A stretch of DNA of 64,000 bases from Balneolaceae bacterium (GCA_017795005.1 CP051242.1:1634976-1698975); one strand, 5' to 3'. Numbered from the stretch's first letter, positions 1-9,848 are shown. Notes: generated by a model from the letters alone, not told the origin. A program made the numbers and translations.

Positions 1-1
1 A

Positions 2-748
2 CCTCTGATCTTAGTAAGCAATGATGATGGAATATATTCTAATGGAATAAAAGCTCTTACAGAAGTAGCTGCAGAATTCGGTGATGTTATAATTGTAGCC
101 CCTGACAGACAGCAAAGCGCCGTTGGTCATGCCATTACTATAGAAACACCACTTCGGGCGCAGAAAATCAAAATTTCAGATGAATTTCAGGGTTTTGCTA
201 TTAATGGTACACCCGCCGATTGTGTAAAACTTGCTCATGATCAGCTATTGGATATAAAGCCGGATTTAGTATTGAGTGGAATTAATCATGGGAGTAATGC
301 TGGTATAAATATTCTGTACTCTGGTACAGTTAGTGCAGCTACGGAAGGTACTGTACTCGGTTATTCATCTATTGCTGTAAGTTGCACAGACTATGATAAT
401 GAAGCTGATTTAACCGGATGTCAGGACGCTGCAAGAAGAGTCATTACACTAGTGCTGGATAAAGGCTTGCCAAAAGGGGTAACAATGAATGTAAATGCAC
501 CTTCAGGTCCTATTAAAGGAATAAAGTGGGCAAGAATGGCTGACAGTCGTTACGTAGAAGAATATGAAGGTAGGAAAGATCCATTTAACCGTCCTTATTA
601 CTGGCTTACAGGGAAATTTGAATTGCTCGATGATGGAAATGATTCAGATATTCATATTCTGAATGAGGGATATGCAGCAGTGACACCCATCCAATATGAT
701 TTAACTGATTATGATCTTCTTAGAAAATTGGGAGAAGAAGATTTTTAA
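2..748 (+). CDS. surE: 5'/3'-nucleotidase SurE (5' end cut by window edge)
   Basis: The frame is open from nt 2 and reads PLILVSNDDGIYSNGIKAL...GINHGSNAGINILYSGTVSAATEG, which are typical SurE motifs. Stop at 746-748. Confidence 0.9.
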   Translation, partial: PLILVSNDDGIYSNGIKALTEVAAEFGDVIIVAPDRQQSAVGHAITIETPLRAQKIKISDEFQGFAINGTPADCVKLAHDQLLDIKPDLVLSGINHGSNAGINILYSGTVSAATEGTVLGYSSIAVSCTDYDNEADLTGCQDAARRVITLVLDKGLPKGVTMNVNAPSGPIKGIKWARMADSRYVEEYEGRKDPFNRPYYWLTGKFELLDDGNDSDIHILNEGYAAVTPIQYDLTDYDLLRKLGEEDF

Positions 749-979
749 TTACGCTTTTTGATTTTTTTCAACTCTCCTTCTTAAAGCGACATAAACCAAT
801 ATAAGAATTGAAAGAGCAATCAGAATAACAAGACCGATATGGTCGGCAGGTACTATAAGTGGGAATCCCGATCTGGAAGCGTTAATTGACATTTCTTCCT
901 GAATGATTCTTGAGCCCATAACAAATACAAGGAAGAGGATAATCCCAATAAAAAATTTATTAAACAGTGAATTTGACAT
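749..979 (-). CDS. small hypothetical membrane protein (two hydrophobic segments)
   Basis: ORF-track ORF 749-1009. I prefer the internal ATG at 979 (MSNSLFNKFFIGIILFLVFV...). No family recognised. Confidence 0.35.
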   Translation of the reverse strand: MSNSLFNKFFIGIILFLVFVMGSRIIQEEMSINASRSGFPLIVPADHIGLVILIALSILILVYVALRRRVEKNQKA

Positions 980-1101
980 AGTACAATCAGATAAATTATT
1001 CTTGACCAATCCGAATGTACTTTTTTAAAAGGCATGTGATATTAAGAAGAGATTAAGCAGGGTTAAGATACTGTTAATTTATTCTGGATGAGGATATTTC
1101 T

Positions 1102-1190
1102 TTGTCATTTCGAGCAGAGCGAGAAATCTAAAAATGGCTTAAAGTCCTTCTTTAGAATTCTTACCTCCTAGGGAGGATTCGAAATGACAA
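1102..1190. repeat. palindromic intergenic repeat, GTCAT family (TTGTCATTTCGA...TCGAAATGACAA)
   Basis: Perfect 12-bp terminal inverted repeat (1102-1113 vs 1179-1190). The core GTCATTTCGAGCAGAGCGAGAAATC resembles the copies at 30272-30355 and 9312-9338. Confidence 0.75.
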
Positions 1191-1198
1191 AAACCAGA

Positions 1199-2050
1199 TC
1201 AAAACCCCATATCAGCTAATCTCTTCACTGCTCCAATCCAGAAGTCGTAGTAACGAGGTTTAGCTTCTTTACCTACCTGAACATTGATCTGGTTCATATG
1301 AGATAGTGCAATAGTACCAAGATGAATTCCCCATTTGGCACTATCTACTGATACAAAAGAGTCATTGATATTTTCCTGAGCAAATATTTGAGTGCTCTGA
1401 AATAAAAATACCGGGTTTAGGGAATAGTTGGTTCCTTTCCCTACAGCAGCACTGTATGAGAAGTAGGGAAAACCTTCTATATCCGGATTATCAGGATTGA
1501 ATTCGTCCTGGATATATCCCCGACAAAGTTGTTCAACTGAACTTAATACTTCACTTTTTTCACGGGGGTACACACTATCACCAAACCAGTCTACAACGTC
1601 ACTTAGTTTTTCCGTGATTACTTCCGGAGTCTTAAGGATTAAATCCGCTAAGTATGTCCCACGGTGTGGAGTAGCTAATGTAGTTAACGATGCCACTCTG
1701 TCTTCGATATCAAGGTGAGCCAATGCATGACGCATATCTAATCCACCCATACTATGAGCTATTACATTAACTTTATCATAACCATGGTCATCACAAACTT
1801 TGTTTATTAATCTTACCCAGTTACGCGCTCTGGTTTCGATAGGGGCATACGGAACAACATTTGGAGCAAAAGCCGGAATACCATGTTCTCTCATCAACAT
1901 GCAAGGATCGTTAAGTGGAGAAGGTTTTACCAAAGAGCCGATAGCTCCAAAACCATGACAAAGGAAGATGGGATACTTCGTATGAAGTATTTCCGGTTGG
2001 GGAAACTCTACTAGCTTGAACCTTTTTAAAAGTGCATTTCCATCAGCCAT
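1199..2050 (-). CDS. alpha/beta-hydrolase, lipase/esterase family
   Basis: 283 aa. Nucleophile elbow AHSMGG and an N-terminal HGFG oxyanion-type motif. Confidence 0.75.
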   Translation of the reverse strand: MADGNALLKRFKLVEFPQPEILHTKYPIFLCHGFGAIGSLVKPSPLNDPCMLMREHGIPAFAPNVVPYAPIETRARNWVRLINKVCDDHGYDKVNVIAHSMGGLDMRHALAHLDIEDRVASLTTLATPHRGTYLADLILKTPEVITEKLSDVVDWFGDSVYPREKSEVLSSVEQLCRGYIQDEFNPDNPDIEGFPYFSYSAAVGKGTNYSLNPVFLFQSTQIFAQENINDSFVSVDSAKWGIHLGTIALSHMNQINVQVGKEAKPRYYDFWIGAVKRLADMGF

Positions 2051-2470
2051 TTATTCACCATTTTGGTTAGAATAATCGGTAATTAATCTGATGGTTCTGA
2101 ATATGGTTCCTTCATGCTCAATATAAATATTCATGTCTTTTTCAGGAAAAGTAACACTACTAGGAGTAGTAAGTTCTAAAGGATACAATCGTTGATGAAG
2201 CTCAACATGAAAAGAAGTTTTGGAAAAAGAAGAGGGAACTCGAACCCGATATACTTTTCTGGTAAAGCTGGTATCAATTTCAACAGTATAAGTCCGAATT
2301 TGATTTCTTTCTAAGCCGGCTTCATTGAAGGTAAGTTGGATTATGGAATCTAGTTCGGAACCTGTAGAAATCTTGTTCGGAACAAAAGGGGGGGTATAAG
2401 CAAGGATAATCCCACTTAAGATACAGGCAAATAGTAGTAGGGCGGTGATTATTTTTTTCCCTGATTTCAT
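2051..2470 (-). CDS. hypothetical N-terminally anchored protein
   Basis: 139 aa with an N-terminal hydrophobic segment. Its stop abuts the start of the downstream lipase gene at 2050/2051, so the two are probably co-transcribed. Confidence 0.5.
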   Translation of the reverse strand: MKSGKKIITALLLFACILSGIILAYTPPFVPNKISTGSELDSIIQLTFNEAGLERNQIRTYTVEIDTSFTRKVYRVRVPSSFSKTSFHVELHQRLYPLELTTPSSVTFPEKDMNIYIEHEGTIFRTIRLITDYSNQNGE

Positions 2471-2479
2471 ACAAGGATG

Positions 2480-3673
2480 TTACTCAGAATCGAATATGAA
2501 TTTCAACACTCTTTCCGCTACTTCCTGTTTTGTTCCTTTAAATTCTGTCTTGGAGCTTTTTCCCAAAACGTGTACTTGATTAGTATCGGCTTCAAACCCT
2601 GTGTCTTTATTGGAAAGGGAGTTAGCTATAATCCAATCGGCTTTCTTTCTTTCCAGTTTAGAAGTAGCGTTTTGGATCAGATTTTGAGTTTCCATTGCAA
2701 AGCCAATTAAGGTCTGGTGTGTTGGCTTCCGTTCACCTAGCCAGGAAAGAATATCAGTCGTATTCTTCAGGTTAATGGTATTATCTCCACTTTCCTTTTT
2801 TACTTTGTGTTCGAAGGTATTGGCAGGAGTAAAATCAGAAACTGCCGCAGACATTATGATGACATCTGCATCTGCATTTTGTTGAACGGCTTTATATAAA
2901 TCTTCGGCACTTACAATACTTTTTGTGATTATTCCTTCTGGTTTATCTATTGAAACAGGGCCATGAATTAGTGTGACTTCAGCTCCTAATCGTTGAGCTG
3001 CAGTTGCCATGGCAAAACCCATTTTTCCGGAACTTGGATTTGATATAAACCGAACCGGATCTATAAATTCACGAGTAGGACCGGCAGTTACAATCACTTT
3101 TTTCCCTTCCAAAGGACCTTTAACAGACCCAATAATTTCACTGGCTTTTTCAAGAATAACATCAATTTCAGGTAAACGGCCTTTCCCCTCCAATCCACTT
3201 GCTAAAAAGCCGGATTCCGGTTCCAAAATATGATAGCCGAAGCTCTCAACTTTTTTGAGGTTTTCTGATACAGAAGGGGACTCATACATTTCACCATCCA
3301 TAGTCGGGCAAATGAGAAGAGGAGACCGGGCAGCTAAAACGGTAGCGGTGAGCATATTATCTGAAATCCCATTCGCTATTTTAGCTAAGGTATTTCCGGT
3401 ACACGGAGCGATTACAAATAAATCGGCCCATTCACCCCAGTTAATATGCCGGGTCCATTCTGTAGCTTGTTCTTCTTTGGGAAATATTTCGATGGCAACA
3501 TCATGACCAGAAAGGGAGGTAAAGGTCTCTAAACCAACAAAGCGGGTTGCTGAAGGAGTCATCGTGACTCTAACTTCGGCTCCCGCTTTTTGAAATTCTC
3601 TGAGTAAAAAAACAGCTTTATAAGCTGCAATTCCTCCGGTTACACCCAGAATGATGCGTTTACCGGAGAGCAT
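2480..3673 (-). CDS. coaBC: bifunctional phosphopantothenoylcysteine decarboxylase / phosphopantothenate-cysteine ligase
   Basis: 397 aa. Contains the [11 protein letters not shown] flavoprotein motif and the SSGKMG CoaB motif. Confidence 0.93.
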   Translation of the reverse strand: MLSGKRIILGVTGGIAAYKAVFLLREFQKAGAEVRVTMTPSATRFVGLETFTSLSGHDVAIEIFPKEEQATEWTRHINWGEWADLFVIAPCTGNTLAKIANGISDNMLTATVLAARSPLLICPTMDGEMYESPSVSENLKKVESFGYHILEPESGFLASGLEGKGRLPEIDVILEKASEIIGSVKGPLEGKKVIVTAGPTREFIDPVRFISNPSSGKMGFAMATAAQRLGAEVTLIHGPVSIDKPEGIITKSIVSAEDLYKAVQQNADADVIIMSAAVSDFTPANTFEHKVKKESGDNTINLKNTTDILSWLGERKPTHQTLIGFAMETQNLIQNATSKLERKKADWIIANSLSNKDTGFEADTNQVHVLGKSSKTEFKGTKQEVAERVLKFIFDSE

Positions 3674-3676
3674 AAA

Positions 3677-3967
3677 TTATTCAGCTTCTGGTCGACGGTA
3701 ATAGATATTGTCTTCTTCCATCTCAGCAACAGAACGTTGTACAGCATGTGGAAGTTTTTCAAAAGCTTTTGAGATTTGTTCCTGCTCTTCGTTAAAAGAG
3801 AATTCATCATCATCGTCAAATCCTTCGAAGTACTGAAGTTTTTCATCCAGTTCCAGTTTTTCCTGAGCAGCGATTTGTCTTGCTCTCTTAGCCATGATTA
3901 CCAATAACTCATATTTGTTACCGGTTTCATGTTTTAGTTTTTCAATATCAAGGGTACGAATCGGCAT
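3677..3967 (-). CDS. rpoZ: DNA-directed RNA polymerase subunit omega
   Basis: 96 aa with the NKYELLVIMAKRARQI motif. It sits in the conserved gmk-rpoZ position. Confidence 0.8.
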   Translation of the reverse strand: MPIRTLDIEKLKHETGNKYELLVIMAKRARQIAAQEKLELDEKLQYFEGFDDDDEFSFNEEQEQISKAFEKLPHAVQRSVAEMEEDNIYYRRPEAE

Positions 3968-3972
3968 ATGTT

Positions 3973-4545
3973 CTATTTTTGATTCATAAATTTAGTTACG
4001 GTGTGCTTAAGTTGAGCATAGGCCGTCTCTAAATCATCATTAATTATTATCTGATCAAACCGATCAGTGTATTCAAGTTCTTCGCTTGCGCGTTCAAGTC
4101 GAAGTCCCAAAGATTGTTCAGTTTCGGTTCCTCGATCCTCTAAACGCTGTTTTAATACCTTAAGTGATGGTGGTTGAATAAACAAACTCAGGCAATCTTC
4201 TCCATAAATTTGCTTTATATTTACGGCACCCTTCACATCGATATCAAGCAGAATAAAATAGCCTGTTTTTAGCTTCTTATCAACTTCTGATCGCAATGTT
4301 CCATAACGAGTGCCACTGTAAAATTCTTCCCACTCAAGGAAGTCTTGCTCTTCAATTTTTTGCTGAAATTCTTCACTATTCAGAAAGTGATAATGCACTC
4401 CATCTTCTTCACCTTCACGTGGAGATCTTGTTGTAGCCGAAACAGAGAATTTCAAGTTCTCAAAATCATCAAACAACATTTTCGCCAACGTCGATTTACC
4501 ACTTCCACTAGGGGCTGCTAATATGATAAGTTTTCCTTTATTCAA
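3973..4545 (-). CDS. gmk: guanylate kinase
   Basis: 190 aa. P-loop APSGSGKSTL and a TTRSPREGE motif. Confidence 0.93.
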   Translation of the reverse strand: MNKGKLIILAAPSGSGKSTLAKMLFDDFENLKFSVSATTRSPREGEEDGVHYHFLNSEEFQQKIEEQDFLEWEEFYSGTRYGTLRSEVDKKLKTGYFILLDIDVKGAVNIKQIYGEDCLSLFIQPPSLKVLKQRLEDRGTETEQSLGLRLERASEELEYTDRFDQIIINDDLETAYAQLKHTVTKFMNQK

Positions 4546-4560
4546 AATTCAAAATTAAAG

Positions 4561-4606
4561 ATTCAAAATTTAAAATTGGTGAGTGCTCAATTTTAAATTT
4601 TGAATT
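4561..4606. repeat. perfect 18-bp AT-only inverted repeat in the yicC-gmk gap
   Basis: ATTCAAAATTTAAAATTG (4561-4578) pairs with CAATTTTAAATTTTGAAT (4589-4606). It is preceded by tandem TTCAAAATT units. Confidence 0.6.
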
Positions 4607-4622
4607 CTACATTTTTAATTAT

Positions 4623-5504
4623 CTATTCTACGTTCTGCACTTGTTCACGTATTTGTTCAAGCATTTCTTTTGCTTTAACTACATGGTGGGCAATTCCTGA
4701 ATCATTTGCCTTAGAACCAATGGTATTTAATTCGCGGTTAATTTCCTGCGTTAGAAAATTAAGTCTTCTACCTGCTGGCTCCGGTTGTTCTATAGCTTCA
4801 ATAAAAAACTTTAAATGGGCACGTAATCGAACTGTTTCTTCAGTAATATCCATTTTGTCTGCCATGATCACTACTTCCATTTCCAGGCGTTCTTCATCCA
4901 GATTCTCATCATCAATAAGCTGTTTGATTCGCTCGTGAAGTTTTTTCCGTACTTCTTTACTTCTCCCATCAGTGATTACAAGTATTTCATCCAATGCAGT
5001 ATCTATAGCTTGAATTCTATCTATGAGATCTTTTTTAAGTTGATTTCCTTCCTGCGAACGCATTTCCATTAAATTTGAAAGTGCATTTACAGTCGCTTCT
5101 TTAACCAACTCCCATTTTCGGTTTAAGGAGTCTTCATCTTCTTCTGGAGTGATGAATACATCACTGAAACTGGTAATGTTTTTAATATTCAATGGAACCT
5201 CAATACCTGCTGCTTCACGAAGTTCATTTAATAATTTAGCGTATGCTTTCGCTTTTTTCTGATCTACCTGAATGGCTGGCTCTCCGGAATCCTGCTCAGA
5301 AAGATATACGGATACATTCAGTTTCCCCCTACTAACAGACTTTTGAATAAGTTCTTTAATAACTAATTCTTTGTTTTGAAGTCTTTGTGGCAACCGGGTT
5401 GTTATATCCAAATAGCGGCTGTTAAGTGATTTTATTTCGACCGTGGCGTTGAGTCCGTTATCAGCGGCCTCACCTCGCCCAAAGCCCGTCATTGAGATAA
5501 TCAT
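4623..5504 (-). CDS. yicC: YicC family stress-induced protein
   Basis: 293 aa. MIISMTGFGRGE N-terminus and EINRELNTIGSKA...EQIREQVQNVE C-terminus. Confidence 0.9.
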   Translation of the reverse strand: MIISMTGFGRGEAADNGLNATVEIKSLNSRYLDITTRLPQRLQNKELVIKELIQKSVSRGKLNVSVYLSEQDSGEPAIQVDQKKAKAYAKLLNELREAAGIEVPLNIKNITSFSDVFITPEEDEDSLNRKWELVKEATVNALSNLMEMRSQEGNQLKKDLIDRIQAIDTALDEILVITDGRSKEVRKKLHERIKQLIDDENLDEERLEMEVVIMADKMDITEETVRLRAHLKFFIEAIEQPEPAGRRLNFLTQEINRELNTIGSKANDSGIAHHVVKAKEMLEQIREQVQNVE

Positions 5505-5633
5505 AGATGATTCTTTATGCTGGAGATGTAATAGTTTAGCGAAAAGGAAGGTACAAAAGTGTAAGATGCGAAAAAAACAAAGTCGTTGGCTTGAAGAAGC
5601 TTTTTAGTATCTTTGCGACCGATTAGGAAATCT

Positions 5634-7478
5634 ATGAATATACTCGGAATATCAGCCTTTTATCACGATTCAGCAGCTTGTTTGGTACAAAATGGAAAGA
5701 TTGTAGCTGCTGCACAGGAAGAACGTTTTACCCGTAAAAAGCATGATGAGAATTTTCCTGTTCATGCATCCATCTATTGCCTTGAGCATGCAGGACTTAG
5801 TATTGATGAATTGGATGCTATTGTTTTCTATGATAAACCGTTCCTCAAGTTTGAACGACTTTTAGAAACCTATCTCTCATTCGCACCAAAAGGGGTGCGT
5901 TCTTTTATAACGGCAATTCCTGTTTGGCTAAAAGAAAAAATGTTTCTGAAAAGGCTCATTTATGATGAGCTGAAAAAAGTGGGTGAATATGAGAAAAATG
6001 AGGTTAATTTATTATTTCCTGAACATCATCTTAGCCATGCTGCAAGTGCCTTTTTCCCATCAAAATTTGAAGAAGCTGCTATTCTTACGATTGACGGGGT
6101 TGGAGAATGGGCAACAGCATCTATTTGTCATGGAAAGGGGAAAGAAATCACCATTTTAAAAGAACTTCAATTTCCTCATTCTCTGGGTTTACTATACTCT
6201 GCTTTTACTTATTTTCTGGGATTCAAAGTGAATTCAGGTGAGTATAAACTGATGGGATTAGCTCCTTATGGAAATCCGGATTCAAAATTATTGCAGGAAT
6301 ACATCACTAAAATAAAAGAGGAGTTAGTAGATATTCGTGAAGATGGTTCAATTTGGTTGAATCAGGACTATTTCAGTTATGCAACTGGATTAAGGATGGT
6401 AAATGACAAAAAGTGGGAAGCATTGTTTGGATTTCCTAAAAGAGAAGGAGAATCAGAATTACTACAACATGAAGCCGATCTGGCATTGGCCATCCAGAAA
6501 GTAACTGAAGAAATTGTCATTAAAATGGCTGCTCATGCAAAGGAACTAACAGGGGCGAAAGCTATTTGCATGGCAGGCGGTGTAGCTTTGAATTGTGTGG
6601 CGAATGGAAAACTTCAGAATGAAGGTATTTTCGAAGAAGTATACATTCAGCCTGCTGCTGGTGATGCAGGAGGAGCTGTTGGAGCCGCATTAGCAGCATT
6701 ACATATCTATTTTGGAAAAGAAAGGAAGCCTGAAAGTCCCGACTCAATGATGGGAGCTTATTTAGGACCGGAATTCCATTCCATTGATATTGAACGATCT
6801 CTGAGAAAGTTTAAACCGGTGTATGATACACTTGATGAGAATAAGCTTTATCAAAAAATTGCAGAAATCCTAGATGATGGAAATGTTGTGGGATGGTTTC
6901 AGGGCAGGATGGAATTTGGTCCACGGGCATTAGGTGGCAGAAGTATAATTGCTGATCCAAGAAGAACGGATATGCAAAAGAAACTTAATCTGAAAATCAA
7001 ATACCGGGAATCCTTCCGTCCATTTGCACCTTCAGTACTCTCTGATAATGCTTCTGACTACTTTGAATTAGATTCTGATTCTCCTTTCATGTTGCTGGTT
7101 CAACCTGTAAAAGAAGAGCACAGGGAAGTACTACCTGAAGGTTATAATGAAATGCCATTAAGAGAAAAACTCTCAGTAAAACGATCTGAATATCCCGCAA
7201 TTACACACATCGATTTTTCTGCTCGGGTTCAAACGGTGCACAAAGAAACGAATCCGAAATACTGGAACCTTATTTCTGCGTTTAAGGATCGGACGGGTTG
7301 TGGAATGGTGGTAAATACAAGTTTTAATGTACGTGGCGAACCGATTGTTTGTACTCCTGAAGATGCCTACCGGTGTTTTATGAATACTGAGATGGATTAT
7401 CTGGTAATAGGTGAGTATGTTTTTGCTAAAGCGGACCAACCTGAATGGTTGGAGAAAGTGAAATTTGCGATGGATTAA
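5634..7478 (+). CDS. carbamoyltransferase (NodU/CmcH family)
   Basis: MNILGISAFYHDSAACLV N-terminus with a C-terminal carbamoyltransferase region. I prefer the ATG at 5634 over the TTG at 5613 used in the ORF track. Confidence 0.9.
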   Translation: MNILGISAFYHDSAACLVQNGKIVAAAQEERFTRKKHDENFPVHASIYCLEHAGLSIDELDAIVFYDKPFLKFERLLETYLSFAPKGVRSFITAIPVWLKEKMFLKRLIYDELKKVGEYEKNEVNLLFPEHHLSHAASAFFPSKFEEAAILTIDGVGEWATASICHGKGKEITILKELQFPHSLGLLYSAFTYFLGFKVNSGEYKLMGLAPYGNPDSKLLQEYITKIKEELVDIREDGSIWLNQDYFSYATGLRMVNDKKWEALFGFPKREGESELLQHEADLALAIQKVTEEIVIKMAAHAKELTGAKAICMAGGVALNCVANGKLQNEGIFEEVYIQPAAGDAGGAVGAALAALHIYFGKERKPESPDSMMGAYLGPEFHSIDIERSLRKFKPVYDTLDENKLYQKIAEILDDGNVVGWFQGRMEFGPRALGGRSIIADPRRTDMQKKLNLKIKYRESFRPFAPSVLSDNASDYFELDSDSPFMLLVQPVKEEHREVLPEGYNEMPLREKLSVKRSEYPAITHIDFSARVQTVHKETNPKYWNLISAFKDRTGCGMVVNTSFNVRGEPIVCTPEDAYRCFMNTEMDYLVIGEYVFAKADQPEWLEKVKFAMD

Positions 7479-7492
7479 CATTCAATACTTGC

Positions 7493-7539
7493 AGACTGCT
7501 TACTGCCAACTAAGGTATGCAGTTGGCAGTAAGCAGTCT
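7493..7539. repeat. perfect 19-bp hairpin built from CAGTNNG heptads
   Basis: AGACTGCTTACTGCCAACT (7493-7511) pairs with AGTTGGCAGTAAGCAGTCT (7521-7539). A related copy lies at 46322-46376. Confidence 0.8.
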
Positions 7540-7570
7540 TTGACAACTAAGAATTGAATTAGAATAAAAA

Positions 7571-7720
7571 ATGGATTTACTAAAAGACTTATGGGGCTTT
7601 ATGAAAGAACGTAAGAAGTTCTGGTTAGCTCCTGTAATAATTGTCCTGTTACTACTAGGATTTTTAATTGTAATTGGTGGCGGTTCTTCCATCGCACCAT
7701 TCATTTATACCCTGTTCTGA
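7571..7720 (+). CDS. 49-aa membrane peptide, DUF5989 / SxtK-like (not in ORF track)
   Basis: Translated by hand as MDLLKDLWGFMKERKKFWLAPVIIVLLLLGFLIVIGGGSSIAPFIYTLF*. This small-protein type typically follows carbamoyltransferases. Confidence 0.7.
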   Translation: MDLLKDLWGFMKERKKFWLAPVIIVLLLLGFLIVIGGGSSIAPFIYTLF

Positions 7721-7721
7721 T

Positions 7722-8111
7722 ATGATGCCCGTAAGGGACATAGCATTTGTTCGAAATGATACGGAAACTCCTAAAACCCAACTTGTTATCGTAGTTGGGC
7801 TCTTGGTGTTAGCTGCCATTTTTGATAATGAGTATATAGCATATACTTCGCTTATAATCGGGTTGATTTGTCTTATCATCCCACCAGTTGGACACTGGAT
7901 TGTGTGGGGATGGTATAAGCTGGCGCTGATTTTAAGTCGGGTGATGAATCCCCTGGTACTTGGGATTGTCTATTTCTTCTTCATTTCCCCAATTGCCATT
8001 TTATTCCGTTTGTTTGGGAATGACCCTATGCGCTTGAAAGACAATAAGGGCAGCATGTATGAAATCAGAGAGAAAACTTATACAAAAGAAGATTTAGAGA
8101 AACCGTGGTGA
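7722..8111 (+). CDS. SxtJ family membrane protein
   Basis: ATG at 7722, 1 nt after the preceding stop. Motif VMNPLVLGIVYFFFISPIAILFRLFGNDPMRLKD. The ORF-track start at 7674 would overlap the upstream peptide. Confidence 0.7.
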   Translation: MMPVRDIAFVRNDTETPKTQLVIVVGLLVLAAIFDNEYIAYTSLIIGLICLIIPPVGHWIVWGWYKLALILSRVMNPLVLGIVYFFFISPIAILFRLFGNDPMRLKDNKGSMYEIREKTYTKEDLEKPW

Positions 8112-8159
8112 ACCATTCCAAAGGCGTGGAATTATGAATTATAAATTCAAAAATTTGGA

Positions 8160-8669
8160 TTACTGAGTCTCGTTTAAAAATGGAATGGGATTTAAGTAGA
8201 ACATCTTTTTCCAGCCTTGAGGGGAAAAATCAATTTTCCAGAAATAAGGAATAAGAATAAGAATTGAATAATGTACATGTGGTTCTTTGCCTTTGGCATT
8301 ACCTGTGCTTCCCACTTGTCCGATTATGGATTTAGGATATACAAAATTAAATAACTCGATCGAAGTTGATTTTAAATGAGCATAATAGTGGAGCCTCCAT
8401 TTTGGACCTAAAATGAGAACAAAATTCCCTCCTTTTGAAATATTACCTCTGGCAATTACTACTCCATAAGTAGAAGAAAGGGTTTCTGTTCCTTCTTTAG
8501 CAAAAATGTCGACTCCTTTATGTGTTATTGAACTTCCCCACGGATAATACCAGAAGGTTTCTTGGTTATAATCAGCTTTTGAAGCACCAGAAACTGGCAT
8601 TGCAAACTTCTGAGGGGTAAGAAGTCCGGTTACACTAAGTAGGAGGAAGACAGTAAAAGTTCTTTTCAA
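8160..8669 (-). CDS. M23 family metallopeptidase
   Basis: 169 aa with a signal peptide. HKGVDIFA and GSTGNAKGKEPHVHYSI zinc-ligand motifs. Confidence 0.8.
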   Translation of the reverse strand: MKRTFTVFLLLSVTGLLTPQKFAMPVSGASKADYNQETFWYYPWGSSITHKGVDIFAKEGTETLSSTYGVVIARGNISKGGNFVLILGPKWRLHYYAHLKSTSIELFNFVYPKSIIGQVGSTGNAKGKEPHVHYSILILIPYFWKIDFSPQGWKKMFYLNPIPFLNETQ

Positions 8670-8825
8670 AGTAGTTTAGAATTTAAATGAGTTAACACTC
8701 ATAAATCCAAAATCAGAAAAAGTTCCCCTTTTCAACTGGTTACGATGCTCTGCTTCGTAACCGATCCAACGCAGAGCATCGGAGCGAGACAAATTTTGGA
8801 TTGATTGATAAGCCCTAATCCAAAA

Positions 8826-9269
8826 TTACTTATCCAATAATCTCCTATGATAATTAATCTGTCCGAGATGGTAGGTAAAATGACTGTACAGGTGGACAAA
8901 AAACCATTCAGTTTTCATGGGACTACCAAATAGCTCAATGGGATAATCTTTTTGAAGATCTTGTTCAGTCATACCAGCTAATGTTTCTTTAACGGAAACA
9001 GCAGCTGCATCCAGATCATCAATGAGTTCTTGTTTGGTTACCTTTCCATTAAACTCAAATTCGCGGTCGCGAACATAATTTGTTCCACCCAGAATCGCTC
9101 CAAAGAAATGTTGGAGATTACCGGATAGGTGAAGACTGAGGTTTCCTGCGCTGTTGTTGATTCTATCTGCTTTAACCCAAATAGCTTCATCAGAAGAATA
9201 AGCTTCGATTTCAGCTTTTGCTTTTTGGATATCCCGTTCGAATAGTCCTGATAGTGTTTGGGTAAGCAT
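8826..9269 (-). CDS. DinB-superfamily protein (DUF1572-like)
   Basis: 147 aa. His-containing four-helix pattern HLSGNLQHF...HFTYHLGQINYH. Confidence 0.7.
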   Translation of the reverse strand: MLTQTLSGLFERDIQKAKAEIEAYSSDEAIWVKADRINNSAGNLSLHLSGNLQHFFGAILGGTNYVRDREFEFNGKVTKQELIDDLDAAAVSVKETLAGMTEQDLQKDYPIELFGSPMKTEWFFVHLYSHFTYHLGQINYHRRLLDK

Positions 9270-9311
9270 GAAGAATAAGTTTATTGAATCTTTGACTAAA
9301 TGTAATAAACA

Positions 9312-9383
9312 GTCATTCAGAGCGAAAGCGAAGAATCTAAATGGACACCCAACTAGATCCTTCGGAAGTATCCTCAGGTTGAC
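9312..9383. repeat. palindromic intergenic repeat, GTCAT family
   Basis: GTCATTCAGAGCGAAAGCGAAGAATCT plus AGATCCTTCGGAAGTATCCTCAGGTTGAC. The reverse complement of 9355-9383 matches 45031-45059 at 28 of 29 nt. Confidence 0.75.
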
Positions 9384-9389
9384 TATTAA

Positions 9390-9848
9390 CTATTTTGCTT
9401 CCTCGTTTTCAACCTTGTTCAGACTTACGGCATTGGTGCAATAACGAAGTCCGCTTGGCTCTGGGCCATCAGGAAATACATGTCCAAGGTGAGCATCACA
9501 GGTATTACAAAGAATTTCTACACGTACCATTCCGTGGGAATAGTCACCTTCATAAGCGACCGCATTTTCTTTAACCGGTTGAGTAAATGATGGCCACCCT
9601 GTATGACTTTCAAATTTGGTGTTTGAATCGAAGAGAAGGGTATCACAACAAATACAGGCATATTCACCCGGTTCAAATCTGCTACACATTTCGGAAGAAA
9701 ATGGTCGTTCTGTTCTTTTTAAACGCGTAACAACAAATTGTTCATCAGTGAGTTGTTTTTTCCATTCTTCTTTGGATTTCTCAACTCTTCGATCAGGTTC
9801 CGGGTTTCCTTTTTTTGCAAATTGCAGAACATCATTCCAGTTGATCAT
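9390..9848 (-). CDS. msrB: peptide-methionine (R)-S-oxide reductase
   Basis: 152 aa. Two CxxC pairs plus GWPSF and RYCTNAVSL motifs. Confidence 0.92.
   Translation of the reverse strand: MINWNDVLQFAKKGNPEPDRRVEKSKEEWKKQLTDEQFVVTRLKRTERPFSSEMCSRFEPGEYACICCDTLLFDSNTKFESHTGWPSFTQPVKENAVAYEGDYSHGMVRVEILCNTCDAHLGHVFPDGPEPSGLRYCTNAVSLNKVENEEAK

Noticed and set aside
7510-7879. Minus-strand ORFs 7510-7704 and 7664-7879
   Set aside because: They overlap the plus-strand DUF5989-like and SxtJ-like genes, whose products carry recognisable family motifs. The antisense translations are featureless.
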